NCBI GenBank assembly: GCA_964355645.1
Contig: CAYHDI010000001.1
Coordinates: forward strand, 92,897-156,896
DNA: 64,000 bases
Reading direction: 5' to 3'
Source of the DNA: an uncultured Candidatus Saccharibacteria bacterium
GTDB taxonomy: Bacteria > Patescibacteriota > Minisyncoccia > Phycocordibacterales > Zambryskibacteraceae
The notes under the pieces were generated by a model that did not search any database, was not told where the DNA came from, and was given only the letters and a program-made list of their open reading frames with translations. Both the position numbers and the translations under genes were made by a program. Below are positions 28,935-38,040 of the stretch, in pieces (the first letter of the stretch is position 1; every line of letters starts with the position of its first letter).

Positions 28935-29318
28935 TTATATCTTCCTACAATTTTTCTTTATCCAAATTTCTAATTTTTTGATATTTATTTCCTTTGTTGC
29001 TACCTCGAGCACCACGAATGCAACTTCTTTGTTGGAAGCTGTCAGTTCATATTTGTTTTCGTGCAAAAAACGAGCCACGACTGTTAGGGCTGTGCGTTTG
29101 TTTCCGTCTATGAAGACGTGATAATTTACCAAAGCTTCCAGAAGCACCGCCGCCTTTTGAAAAACATTTTTATAAAGTTCTTTTCCTGCAAACATTGCCT
29201 GTGGTTTATGAACCGCGGCTTGAAGTAGTCCGAGGTCTCGGATCCCATGACTGCCTCCGATTTCATCTATGAGCAAAGCATGAACAATGAGAACCTCTTG
29301 GGCCGTTAAGTATTTCAT
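28935..29318 (-). CDS. Doc/Fic-family toxin
   Basis: GIRDLGLL, HVFIDGNKRTA Fic motif; true start MKYLTAQEV. Confidence 0.9.
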   Translation of the reverse strand: MKYLTAQEVLIVHALLIDEIGGSHGIRDLGLLQAAVHKPQAMFAGKELYKNVFQKAAVLLEALVNYHVFIDGNKRTALTVVARFLHENKYELTASNKEVAFVVLEVATKEINIKKLEIWIKKNCRKI

Positions 29319-29319
29319 A

Positions 29320-29550
29320 TTACTCGCGCGCCAGTGTTTCCAAGGCGTCCTTGTATTTGTGAATAAACTTTTTTGTCCAATCAACAAGCTCCGAAGAGAT
29401 TTCCACGGAAGGTTCAATAGTCATTCGTTTATGCGCGGTGTCCAAAGAGACGTTTACCCTGTCTCCAATTCGAAGACCCAAATTCTCGAGAGATTTCTTG
29501 GGGAGAGTGACAGCTGCGGAAGAACCTACTTGAAGTATTTTTTGGACCAT
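29320..29550 (-). CDS. AbrB/MazE-type antitoxin
   Basis: KILQVGSSAAVTLPK..LGLRIGD; directly upstream of doc; TTGACA-16-TATAAT promoter upstream. Confidence 0.88.
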   Translation of the reverse strand: MVQKILQVGSSAAVTLPKKSLENLGLRIGDRVNVSLDTAHKRMTIEPSVEISSELVDWTKKFIHKYKDALETLARE

Positions 29551-29652
29551 ATATTTTGTATTATAACGTTATTATAATCATCTGTATTGTCCTGTCAAGA
29601 GATTTCCCCCACTTAATATAATGGAGGATTAAGGAGGGGTTATAACTCAAAT

Positions 29653-29732
29653 TTGACAAATTATTGTGTTTAGGTATATAATACAAAGGTAAATATGAGT
29701 AGTAGAAGTTCGCCCTTGGGCGGACTTCTTTC
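29653..29732 (+). promoter_or_regulatory. nusA promoter and leader hairpin (attenuator-like)
   Basis: TTGACA 29653-58, TATAAT 29677-82, stem AGAAGTTCGCCC/GGGCGGACTTCT followed by Ts. Confidence 0.55.
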
Positions 29733-29802
29733 GTACCATTGGAGCTAACGGTTACAAATAATCTACCTCCAACGGTATAAATAGAAAATAATATATAAAA
29801 AC

Positions 29803-31008
29803 ATGTTCGACCTTAAAGTCATAAATTCAGTGCTCGGAGAACTCGAAGAAGTACGAGGTATTCCTCGTGAGAAAATCTTGGAGGCTATTGAAGCTGCCTT
29901 GGCCACGGCGTACAAGAAGGAATACGGCAAGCGCGGACAGATTATCCGCACTACTTTCGATGTGAAGACCGGAGAAGTCAATTTCTTTCAAGTGAAGGAA
30001 GTGGTAGACAAATCTACGGTAATTTTTGAAGACGAAGCTGAAGAATTAGAAAATGAAACTCCGGAATCAGCCGAAGTTGATGCGGACGAACGCTCGATTT
30101 ATGACCCAGAAAAACATATTCTCCTTGAAGATGCGAAGAAAATTAAGCGTGATGCAATCGTGGGCGAAGAAATTATTTTCCCTATTGAATCGAAGGGTGA
30201 CTACGGTCGTATCGCGGCTCAAACAGCGAAGCAAGTTATCATGCAGAAAATTCGTGAAGCAGAGAAGGCCCACCTCGTGACTGAATTCTCTTCGCGCGAA
30301 GGTACGATTGTTTCCGGCACGGTTCAACGTATTGAACGCGGGAATATTTTCATCGACCTTGGTCGGGCTCCCGGACTCTTGCCTTATGAGGAACAAATCC
30401 CCGGCGAACATTTCGCCCAAGGTGAGCGTGTTCGGGCTTATCTCTATAGAGTAGAAGAATCTCCTCGCGGAGTTTTCCTTCGACTTTCTCGTTCTCATCC
30501 AAAATTCCTCGAGAAACTTTTTGAAGCAGAAACTCCAGAACTTCAAAACGGTTCGGTTATTATTAAAGCTATCGCGCGCGAGGCGGGTTATCGTTCGAAA
30601 ATCGCCGCGGAGGCCAAGGATAATCACATTGATCCTGTTGGTTCGCTCGTTGGACAACGCGGAGTACGTGTCTCTACAGTCATGAGTGAACTTCGGGGAG
30701 AAAAAATTGATGTTATTGAATGGAATGAAGATCCAAAGAAGTTTATTGAAGAAGCCTTGTCTCCAGCGAAAGTGATGAGCATTGAACTTAAAGAAGATGA
30801 AACCGGCCTGCCCACCGGACAGGGACAGGTAAACAAAACGGCTGTAGTAAACGTTTCTGAAGATCAACAATCACTGGCCATAGGGAAGGGCGGGCAAAAC
30901 GTTCGCCTCGCGGCCAAACTCACTGGTTGGAAAATTGATATTCAGTCAGCGAAGGGCGAAGAACTCGCTTCTGCCGAAGCAGAAACAGTCAATTCGGAAA
31001 CCAAGTAA
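29803..31008 (+). CDS. nusA: Transcription elongation factor NusA
   Basis: GRIAAQTAKQVIMQKIREAE, LSRSHP, AREAGYRSKIA, SLAIGKGGQNVRLAAKLTGWKIDI. Confidence 0.97.
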   Translation: MFDLKVINSVLGELEEVRGIPREKILEAIEAALATAYKKEYGKRGQIIRTTFDVKTGEVNFFQVKEVVDKSTVIFEDEAEELENETPESAEVDADERSIYDPEKHILLEDAKKIKRDAIVGEEIIFPIESKGDYGRIAAQTAKQVIMQKIREAEKAHLVTEFSSREGTIVSGTVQRIERGNIFIDLGRAPGLLPYEEQIPGEHFAQGERVRAYLYRVEESPRGVFLRLSRSHPKFLEKLFEAETPELQNGSVIIKAIAREAGYRSKIAAEAKDNHIDPVGSLVGQRGVRVSTVMSELRGEKIDVIEWNEDPKKFIEEALSPAKVMSIELKEDETGLPTGQGQVNKTAVVNVSEDQQSLAIGKGGQNVRLAAKLTGWKIDIQSAKGEELASAEAETVNSETK

Positions 31009-31147
31009 TTTAAGGGTTTTAGGGCAAAAAACTTGACCAGAATGTTTTTTAGAGGTGGCTTGAGGGTGTAAATATGGATATGTGTTAAAATGTAGTAGTT
31101 CTCATACGGAAACGCCTGAATATAGTATCCACTTAACCCAAACAAAA

Positions 31148-31777
31148 ATGAAACGCACCAGTACTTTACTTGCAGGATTAATTGCCGTTGCACTCATTGC
31201 CACCCCTGTTTTCGCAGAAACAGCGAGTGTCAATGTCAAAAACAAAATCGAAGATAGAAACAAAAAGACAGAAGCTTCGACTACGATTAAGGTTGAGCAG
31301 AAAAAAACAGAAGACAAAAACAAACAGAGCGAATGGAATACCAGAGTTCTAGACAACAAAATTCGCAGTGACATCAAGGTTTTCACTGCCACAGCGAATC
31401 GTCTAGACAAGATTGTTGTTCGTATTCAATCGCGAGTAACAAAAATCAAAGCGGCTGGAGGAAATACGACTCAAATTGAGGCCAGCTTAAACACCGGAAT
31501 CACCAAATTGGCTGAAGCTCGTGCAGATATTTCAACCATTTCTTCAATTGACATCACTGGAGCAACTTCAAGCACAACTGTCCGCACCTTGTTCAACACG
31601 ATTAAAACTAATGCAGTGAAAGCTCGAGAGGCACTCAAAGCTTCTCACTCTGCACTGATTCAGGCCGTCACCTTTATGCAAGGTGTAGAGAAAAAGGTGA
31701 AAGTGAAAGACAGCAATGTCGGAGAGAATGAGACAAATTCTTCTACTGCCAGTACGACTAAGGAGGCCAATCGTTAA
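31148..31777 (+). CDS. Secreted alpha-helical/coiled-coil hypothetical protein
   Basis: MKRTSTLLAGLIAVALIATPVFA signal peptide, helical K/T/A-rich body. Confidence 0.7.
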   Translation: MKRTSTLLAGLIAVALIATPVFAETASVNVKNKIEDRNKKTEASTTIKVEQKKTEDKNKQSEWNTRVLDNKIRSDIKVFTATANRLDKIVVRIQSRVTKIKAAGGNTTQIEASLNTGITKLAEARADISTISSIDITGATSSTTVRTLFNTIKTNAVKAREALKASHSALIQAVTFMQGVEKKVKVKDSNVGENETNSSTASTTKEANR

Positions 31778-31803
31778 TTATTAAAATTCTTAACAACATT
31801 CTT

Positions 31804-32097
31804 ATGGACGCAAACAACAACACGAATGGCGAAGGGTCGGTCGGGCCAGTGATCGCCACGATTATTATCTTGGCCGTGGTAGTCTTGGGCGGACTTTATT
31901 TCTGGGGACAAAGAAATACAGGTTCTGAGACGACTGACATCTACGGCAATCCGATTTCCACCACTACACCAGCCGCCACTCTGCCTGACACCTCAGCCAT
32001 AGATACTCAATCAAGTTCAGACAATCCTGCTTCAATCCAAAACGATTTGAATTCGACGAATCTTGATAATCTTGGAGCTGATATCAATGCCTCATAA
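31804..32097 (+). CDS. Small single-TM hypothetical protein
   Basis: GPVIATIIILAVVVLGGLYFWG, QSSSD..IQNDLNST. Confidence 0.7.
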   Translation: MDANNNTNGEGSVGPVIATIIILAVVVLGGLYFWGQRNTGSETTDIYGNPISTTTPAATLPDTSAIDTQSSSDNPASIQNDLNSTNLDNLGADINAS

Positions 32098-32944
32098 TAC
32101 TTCGACTGTGCTCAGTATAAAACACTTCGACAACTTAAAAACCAAAAAGCTTCCGGATTCGGAAGTGGAGATCACCGGAGAGATTACCCTCTCCTTTTTG
32201 GTCGAATGTCGAGCCGCGGCTCTCAAAGAATTGAACAACCGTTCGGAGATTCCGGGATTTCGTCCGGGGAAAATCCCTGAAGACGTCTTGATTAAAAAAG
32301 TTGGTGAACTGGGTGTGCTCGAAGAATCAGCCGAGATTGCTCTGGGCAAGGAATATCCGAATATTATTAAAGAATTAAATGTGGCTGCGATTGGCCGACC
32401 GACGATTTCTATTACGAAGTTGGCGAAAGATATTCCTCTTGAATTCAAGATGATTACCGCGGTTGAACCGGAGTTTAAGTTGCCGGATTACAAAAAGATT
32501 GCGAAGGAAACCAAACTCGAGGAAGGTGAAAAAGGCAAGGAGAAGAAACGCCTCGCTATTATTGAAAAGCTGGTGAAAGAAACAGAAATCCTCGTGCCGA
32601 AAATTCTGCTTGAATCAGAACTGGCGAAGATGATGGGGCAATTCAAAGATGATGTCGTGCGGGCAGGATTGAAATGGGAAGATTATTTGAAGCAAATCAA
32701 GAAAACCGAACAAGATATAGAAAAGGAATGGAAGGATCAAGCCCTCGCTCGAGCGAAAGCTGAATTAATTGTAGGCAAGATTGCCATAGAAGAGAAAATT
32801 GAACCGACTGAGGCCGAACTTGAACACGAGACCACTCATCTTCTTGAGCATTACAAAGATGCCGATCCCCTTCGTGTACGGGTGTATGTCTACACCATGA
32901 TGAGAAACGAAAAAGTTTTAGAGTTTTTGGAAACACAAAAATAA
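32087..32944 (+). CDS. tig: Trigger factor, shortened (no evident PPIase domain)
   Basis: IPGFRPGKIP ribosome-binding motif, PEFKLPDYK, C-domain VPKILLESE; tig-clpP neighbourhood. Confidence 0.85.
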   Translation: MPHNTSTVLSIKHFDNLKTKKLPDSEVEITGEITLSFLVECRAAALKELNNRSEIPGFRPGKIPEDVLIKKVGELGVLEESAEIALGKEYPNIIKELNVAAIGRPTISITKLAKDIPLEFKMITAVEPEFKLPDYKKIAKETKLEEGEKGKEKKRLAIIEKLVKETEILVPKILLESELAKMMGQFKDDVVRAGLKWEDYLKQIKKTEQDIEKEWKDQALARAKAELIVGKIAIEEKIEPTEAELEHETTHLLEHYKDADPLRVRVYVYTMMRNEKVLEFLETQK

Positions 32945-32971
32945 ACCAAGTTTTTTGATATGATGGTTAGA

Positions 32972-33477
32972 ATGGAAAACAAAGAAACAAACATCGCATT
33001 CATTGATGGGCAAAATCTTCATCTTGGGACTAGGGAACACGGCTGGTCTGTTAGTCATCAGCGATTACGCATTTATCTTAGTGAAAAATATAATATCACT
33101 GAAGCGTATTATTTCTTGGTTTCGTTTCCAGTGAAGAACAAGATTTATACGATAATCTTCAAAAAGCGGGCTATATTCTTTCATTTCGAGAGCATTCATC
33201 AGCTTTGAAGGGTAAAAAGAAGGGAAATGTTGATGGTGATATTATATTCGGAGTAATGAAAAAATTGGTTGATAATGAACCATTCGATAAAATTTTTATT
33301 GTATCTGGAGATGGAGATTATAAAAAACTTGTTGATTATTTGATAAAGAAGAATAAATTTGGGAAAATGCTTTTTCCCAACAACGAATTTTCATCATCGT
33401 TGTATAAAAGTTTAGGACGAGAGTATTTTGACTATCTCGAGGATAAGGATATAAAAGCGAAGATATCTCATAAATGA
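32972..33477 (+). pseudogene. NYN-domain ribonuclease split by a 1-nt frameshift near 33115
   Basis: AFIDGQNLH in one frame; GFVSSEEQDLYDNLQKAGY..KGNVDGDI..SGDGDY in the shifted frame. Confidence 0.8.
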
Positions 33478-33562
33478 AAAGGGCCCCTTAGGTATTTCAC
33501 CGTTTGGGTCCCTTTTCGTCTTAATACAATTCTTATTATACATGCACGCAAATGAAAAGCAA
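33476..33562 (-). ncRNA. Putative small hairpin RNA with its promoter, convergent on the NYN gene
   Basis: Minus-strand TTGCTT (33557-62)-16-TATAAT (33535-40); stem GAAAAGGG/CCCTTTTC with inner GGT-GAAAT-ACC. Confidence 0.45.
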
Positions 33563-33800
33563 GTGCAATTCCCATCTACATATGTATGGGATTGCTGGTA
33601 TACCAATATCATTAATTATGGGGTCACTACCCTTATATGCTATCAGCGTAGCTATTTTTGAAGATGAATTGGCCTATCTTATAATGCAAGGAAAAACCCA
33701 CCAAGATAATTATTCTCTTTTCTCTCTCATTGGCACAATTCTTTTTGTAATTGCTACGTTTATATTTAGAAGCTATATTATTACTCCATTTTTGACATGA
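33552..33800 (+). CDS. Small two-TM hypothetical protein (start uncertain)
   Basis: Two hydrophobic segments; ATGA overlap with the GNAT gene. Confidence 0.4.
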   Translation: MKSKCNSHLHMYGIAGIPISLIMGSLPLYAISVAIFEDELAYLIMQGKTHQDNYSLFSLIGTILFVIATFIFRSYIITPFLT

Positions 33801-34252
33801 AATTAAGACTTTTACAAAAGAAAGATATTAAGGCCTGTGCAATTATTGTTGGCCAGAATTATTCTAAAAATTGGCAGAGAACATCATCTGCTGAATTAAA
33901 AAGCATGTTTAGCAATACAGCCATCAGGCCAGTGTATTGGGTTGCGGAAGATGAAAGAAAGATTGTTGGGTTTGCGGGATATATTCAATCGTGGATGGAT
34001 TACAATATTTATCAAATATTTTGGGTAAACGTTTTGCCTGAATTACAGAAAAGAGGTATAGGCAAGCAATTGGTTTCAAAAGTAATTAATGAAATTAAAA
34101 AAGATAAAAACGCTTACCTTATTCAACTTACGGCAACTACTCCGAACTCAAAATATTATAGGAAGTATTTCAAGTTTAAAAATACGGGCCACTTTGGGCC
34201 TAAGCCGTATCATCTTATGTCGCTTTCTATAGAAAGAAGAAAGAAACAATAG
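33797..34252 (+). CDS. GNAT-family acetyltransferase
   Basis: [29 protein letters not shown] acetyl-CoA motif. Confidence 0.88.
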   Translation: MKLRLLQKKDIKACAIIVGQNYSKNWQRTSSAELKSMFSNTAIRPVYWVAEDERKIVGFAGYIQSWMDYNIYQIFWVNVLPELQKRGIGKQLVSKVINEIKKDKNAYLIQLTATTPNSKYYRKYFKFKNTGHFGPKPYHLMSLSIERRKKQ

Positions 34253-34290
34253 AGTTTGATTTTAATAAAACTTTTCTATATAGTATCCGC

Positions 34291-34866
34291 ATGAGTTACT
34301 TAATCCCAACCGTCATAGAGAAGTCGCAGAATGGTGAACGAGCATATGATATTTATTCGCGTCTGCTCAGAGAGAATATTGTTTTTCTCACTGGCCCTAT
34401 TAATGATGAGGTGGCAAATATAGTTATTGCTCAACTTCTTTTTCTTGAATCAGAAAACCCAAAGAAAGATATCACCTTGTATATAAATTCCCCCGGTGGT
34501 CAGGTTACGGCCGGACTTGCGATTGTTGATGCGATGAATCATATCAAGCCAGCCGTTTCTACTTTGTGTATTGGTCTTGCTGCTTCTATGGGCGCTGTAA
34601 TACTTTCTGCAGGGTCAAAGGGTAAGAGATTTTCTCTACCGAATGCCGAAATAATGATTCACCAACCATCGGGTGGCGCAGAAGGTAAAGCTTCTGATAT
34701 TGAAATAAGCGCCAAGAGAATTGTGAAAGATAGAGAAGTTTTGAATAAAATACTAGCGAAAAACACAGGGCAGCCCCTTTCTCGGGTAGAAAAGGATGCA
34801 GACAGAGATTTCTTCATGGATGCCGAAGAAGCCAAGAAATACGGGATTATAGATAAAATACTATAA
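34291..34866 (+). CDS. clpP: ATP-dependent Clp protease proteolytic subunit
   Basis: [34 protein letters not shown]. Confidence 0.97.
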   Translation: MSYLIPTVIEKSQNGERAYDIYSRLLRENIVFLTGPINDEVANIVIAQLLFLESENPKKDITLYINSPGGQVTAGLAIVDAMNHIKPAVSTLCIGLAASMGAVILSAGSKGKRFSLPNAEIMIHQPSGGAEGKASDIEISAKRIVKDREVLNKILAKNTGQPLSRVEKDADRDFFMDAEEAKKYGIIDKIL

Positions 34867-34946
34867 TAATTGACTTCAGGCAGTGAGAGAATTTGAGAGC
34901 TTGCTCTCACAGAGCTCGAGCGAACCTGAAGCCAAACACGCAGTGT

Positions 34947-34974
34947 TTGACAAGATTCTTTAGTAGCGTATACT
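34947..34974 (+). promoter_or_regulatory. Sigma70-type promoter for rny
   Basis: TTGACA-16-TATACT. Confidence 0.6.
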
Positions 34975-35072
34975 TCGGTAGTTCACTTATAAAAAATTAA
35001 TTGAAACGTTAACTTTCAGACTTTCGGCTTTCAGACTTTTTCCTTCCTGCCTCTCGGTTCCGCAACACCAAC

Positions 35073-36602
35073 ATGTCACTTAAATTAGCATTCTTGCTTG
35101 CTTTGCTTGCTGCATCAGCCGGTATTGGTCTTGGGTATTTGTTGCGCCTGATTATTGCTCTCGGGAAGAAGGGTTCGATGGAGCTCGACATCAAGCAGAT
35201 GGAGCTCAAGGCTCACGAAGACGCCCAAGATATTGTTTCCAAGGCCGAAACTCGCGCTGGAGAGATTATCAAGAAAGCCGAGGATATCATCAACGAACGC
35301 GAAGACCGCGCGAAGAAAAACGAAGACCGTTTAATCAAGAAGGAAGAATTTCTAGACAACAGACAGGTCGAGATAGACAAAGAAGTCGAATATGTGAAGA
35401 ACAAGGTCGCAGAAATCAAAACCATTCGCGACAAAGCCGATGAATTGATTCAAAAAAAGAACGAAGAATTGGCCAAGGTGGCCGGGCTTTCACCGAAGGA
35501 GGCACGCGAAGAACTTTTGAATATTGTCGAGAAGCAGTCCGAAGAAGATATCCTTATTCGTCTGCAGAAACTTGAAACTCAAAGTGAAGAAAAGATTGAA
35601 GAGAAGGCACGCCACATCCTCGCTACCACGATTCAACGTCTTGCTTCATCAGTGGCTGGAGAAGTGATGGCCACCTCTGTTCCCCTCGCTTCGGACGAAT
35701 TGAAAGGCAAGATTATTGGGAAGGAAGGCAGAAACATCAAATCTTTTGAACGCGCCACGGGGGTTGAAGTGATAGTGGATGATACACCCGGTTCTATTAC
35801 TCTTTCATCTTTCGACCCTGTTCGTCGCGCTGTGGCCAAGCTTGCACTTGAAAATTTAATTTCTGATGGAAGAATTCAGCCGGCGAAGATTGAAGAGTTT
35901 GTGGAGAATGCTCATGCAGAAATAAACAAAATAATAAAAGAGAAAGGAGAAGAGTCCGCCTTTGAATGCGGAGTTTATAATCTTGATCCGAAACTCCTTG
36001 CGATTCTCGGCCGACTGCATTTCCGAACTTCTTATGGACAAAATGTTTTGGCTCACTCGATTGAAATGACTCATCTCGCTGGGATGCTCGCCGAAGAACT
36101 TGGAGCGAACGTGGCTACAGCCAAGGCTGGCGCGCTTCTGCATGATATAGGCAAAGCGCTTGACCATGAAGTTTCTGGCACCCACGTAGAAATTGGCCGT
36201 AGAATTCTTCAGAAATTTAATGTAAGCGAGGATATCATCAAAGCAATGCAAGCTCATCATGGAGAATATCCTTATGAAACTATTGAATCAATCATTGTTC
36301 AAACTGCAGACGCTATCTCTGGAGGACGACCGGGTGCGAGACGCGATACGGTTGAACATTATCTCAAACGCCTTGAGGACCTTGAGGCTATTGCTCTTTC
36401 CTTCCCCGGTGTGGAGAAGGCTTATGCTCTACAGGCAGGCCGAGAAATAAGGGTCCTCGTCACCCCCGAGAAGGTGACCGATTTAGAAGCCAAAAATATG
36501 GCCAGAGATATAGCTATTCGTATAGAAAAGGATTTAAAATATCCGGGAGAGATTAAGGTTAATGTCATCCGGGAAGCTCGAGCCATCGAGTTTGCGAGGT
36601 AA
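35073..36602 (+). CDS. rny: Ribonuclease Y
   Basis: N-terminal TM, coiled coil, KH (KGKIIGKEGRNI), HD (RTSYGQNVLAHS, LLHDIGK), ALQAGREIRV. Confidence 0.96.
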   Translation: MSLKLAFLLALLAASAGIGLGYLLRLIIALGKKGSMELDIKQMELKAHEDAQDIVSKAETRAGEIIKKAEDIINEREDRAKKNEDRLIKKEEFLDNRQVEIDKEVEYVKNKVAEIKTIRDKADELIQKKNEELAKVAGLSPKEAREELLNIVEKQSEEDILIRLQKLETQSEEKIEEKARHILATTIQRLASSVAGEVMATSVPLASDELKGKIIGKEGRNIKSFERATGVEVIVDDTPGSITLSSFDPVRRAVAKLALENLISDGRIQPAKIEEFVENAHAEINKIIKEKGEESAFECGVYNLDPKLLAILGRLHFRTSYGQNVLAHSIEMTHLAGMLAEELGANVATAKAGALLHDIGKALDHEVSGTHVEIGRRILQKFNVSEDIIKAMQAHHGEYPYETIESIIVQTADAISGGRPGARRDTVEHYLKRLEDLEAIALSFPGVEKAYALQAGREIRVLVTPEKVTDLEAKNMARDIAIRIEKDLKYPGEIKVNVIREARAIEFAR

Positions 36603-36718
36603 TGCCCTGCCCCGAGCTTGCCGAGAAGTAGCACAAAAAAACGGCTTAGGATATAATTATATTGTCTTACACCCTTGACCGGGCGCTAGGAACTTTAGAA
36701 ATAATTGACGAGAAAAAA

Positions 36719-36991
36719 ATGAACAAGACAGACATCGCAAACGCAGTGCACGACAAACTCGGCGGCACAAAAGTGCAAGCAGAAGAAGTCGTAGACACCG
36801 TGATTGAATCTATCGTTCACACTTTGAAAAAAGGTAGTGAAGTTTCAATCGCAGGTCTCGGAATCTTCTCGACCAAAGTTCGCGCCGCACGTCAGGCACG
36901 CAATCCACGCACAGGCGAAGCCATCTCGGTTCCCTCGATGCGAGTACCGAAGTTTCGCCCGGCAAAAGCATTGAAAGATGCGGTGAAGTAG
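36719..36991 (+). CDS. hup: HU-family DNA-binding protein
   Basis: MNKTDIA..IAGLGIF..RAARQARNPRTGE..PKFRPAKALKDAVK. Confidence 0.93.
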   Translation: MNKTDIANAVHDKLGGTKVQAEEVVDTVIESIVHTLKKGSEVSIAGLGIFSTKVRAARQARNPRTGEAISVPSMRVPKFRPAKALKDAVK

Positions 36992-37003
36992 ATCTAGTAG
37001 AAC

Positions 37004-37066
37004 AAATAAAAAATCTGAAGTCTTTACCCAGCAAAGCTGGGGCCTATAACTTCAGATTTTTTATTT
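37004..37066. terminator. Long hairpin between convergent genes (bidirectional terminator)
   Basis: 17-bp perfect stem AAATAAAAAATCTGAAG/CTTCAGATTTTTTATTT with inner CCCAGC-AAA-GCTGGG. Confidence 0.65.
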
Positions 37067-37084
37067 AGTTTACCAAAGTTTTAT

Positions 37085-37495
37085 TTACTGACTTTCAAAT
37101 TGATTTGCAATATCTTCCATTGCGGTTTTAATCTCGCCAACGGTTGATTTAATTGTAATAGGAACAACTAAACTTAGAAAAGTTCTTTTTCTAAATCCGG
37201 TGTAGACAAAAGGTGTGCTAAATTTTTCAGCAATTATTTTGTTTTGTGGGCTGAGCATGTCGTAGGCGATAATAATATGTGCTTCTCCAGGAACATTCTT
37301 TTTATTTGCCCCGGACATTATTGTGGGGATATTTTTATCATAAAGAATTCTGCATGCCTCAAGAACGGGAAATTCTACTAGCTGATCGAGGTCTTTCCGA
37401 TCTGTTGGAGTAATCCCTCCTCCTTCGATAGGCTCGATTTCACTAATGGGTGTTGAGTCCATAATTTGTGCTTCTGATTCGGGGTTTTGTTTCAT
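37085..37495 (-). CDS. Hypothetical protein
   Basis: 136 aa open frame co-oriented with ORF6N and cca. Confidence 0.55.
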   Translation of the reverse strand: MKQNPESEAQIMDSTPISEIEPIEGGGITPTDRKDLDQLVEFPVLEACRILYDKNIPTIMSGANKKNVPGEAHIIIAYDMLSPQNKIIAEKFSTPFVYTGFRKRTFLSLVVPITIKSTVGEIKTAMEDIANQFESQ

Positions 37496-37501
37496 TTTTC
37501 T

Positions 37502-38026
37502 TTATTTTACATTAAATCCAATTTTCCTGTGCTTGGTTTCGGGTGGAATCATAAGTGCCCGAATAGCATCGAAGACAACCGAAAAATTTTTGTCATATTT
37601 GGCTTCGAGTTGTTTGAGTTTTTCGGCCAAGTCGGCATGAGTGGCCAGGAGTTCACGAAGTTTTACGAATGTTCTGACTATTTCAATGCTTACTTGAATG
37701 GCCCGATTACTGTGCAAAGTGTTTGCGACCATTAAAGCGCCATACTCGGTAAATACATGAGGTAAATATCTCCGGCCTCCATGTGTAGAACTTGAGATTC
37801 CAGATTGGAATCTCAAGTTGGTGGACTCTTCCGCGGTGAGTTGAAACATGAAGTCCTCTGGAAATCGATCGAGATTGCGTCTAACAGCTTTGTTTAAGTT
37901 AAACGTGGTAACACCATATAATTCTGCCAAATCACTATCCAAGAGGACTTTTTCTTCACGAACAAAAAGTATTCGTCTTTCAATCATGCGAACAGAAACG
38001 AGAGCCACATTTTTATTTTGTTTCAT
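37502..38026 (-). CDS. ORF6N-domain DNA-binding protein
   Basis: VLLDSDLAELYGV..LNKAVRRNLDRFPEDFMFQL..GGRRYLPHVFTEYG..RKIGF. Confidence 0.9.
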   Translation of the reverse strand: MKQNKNVALVSVRMIERRILFVREEKVLLDSDLAELYGVTTFNLNKAVRRNLDRFPEDFMFQLTAEESTNLRFQSGISSSTHGGRRYLPHVFTEYGALMVANTLHSNRAIQVSIEIVRTFVKLRELLATHADLAEKLKQLEAKYDKNFSVVFDAIRALMIPPETKHRKIGFNVK

Positions 38027-38040
38027 AGCTTTATTTTACC

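Noticed and set aside
37502-38026. Prophage remnant around ORF6N
   Set aside because: Single gene with no structural, replication or integrase neighbours.
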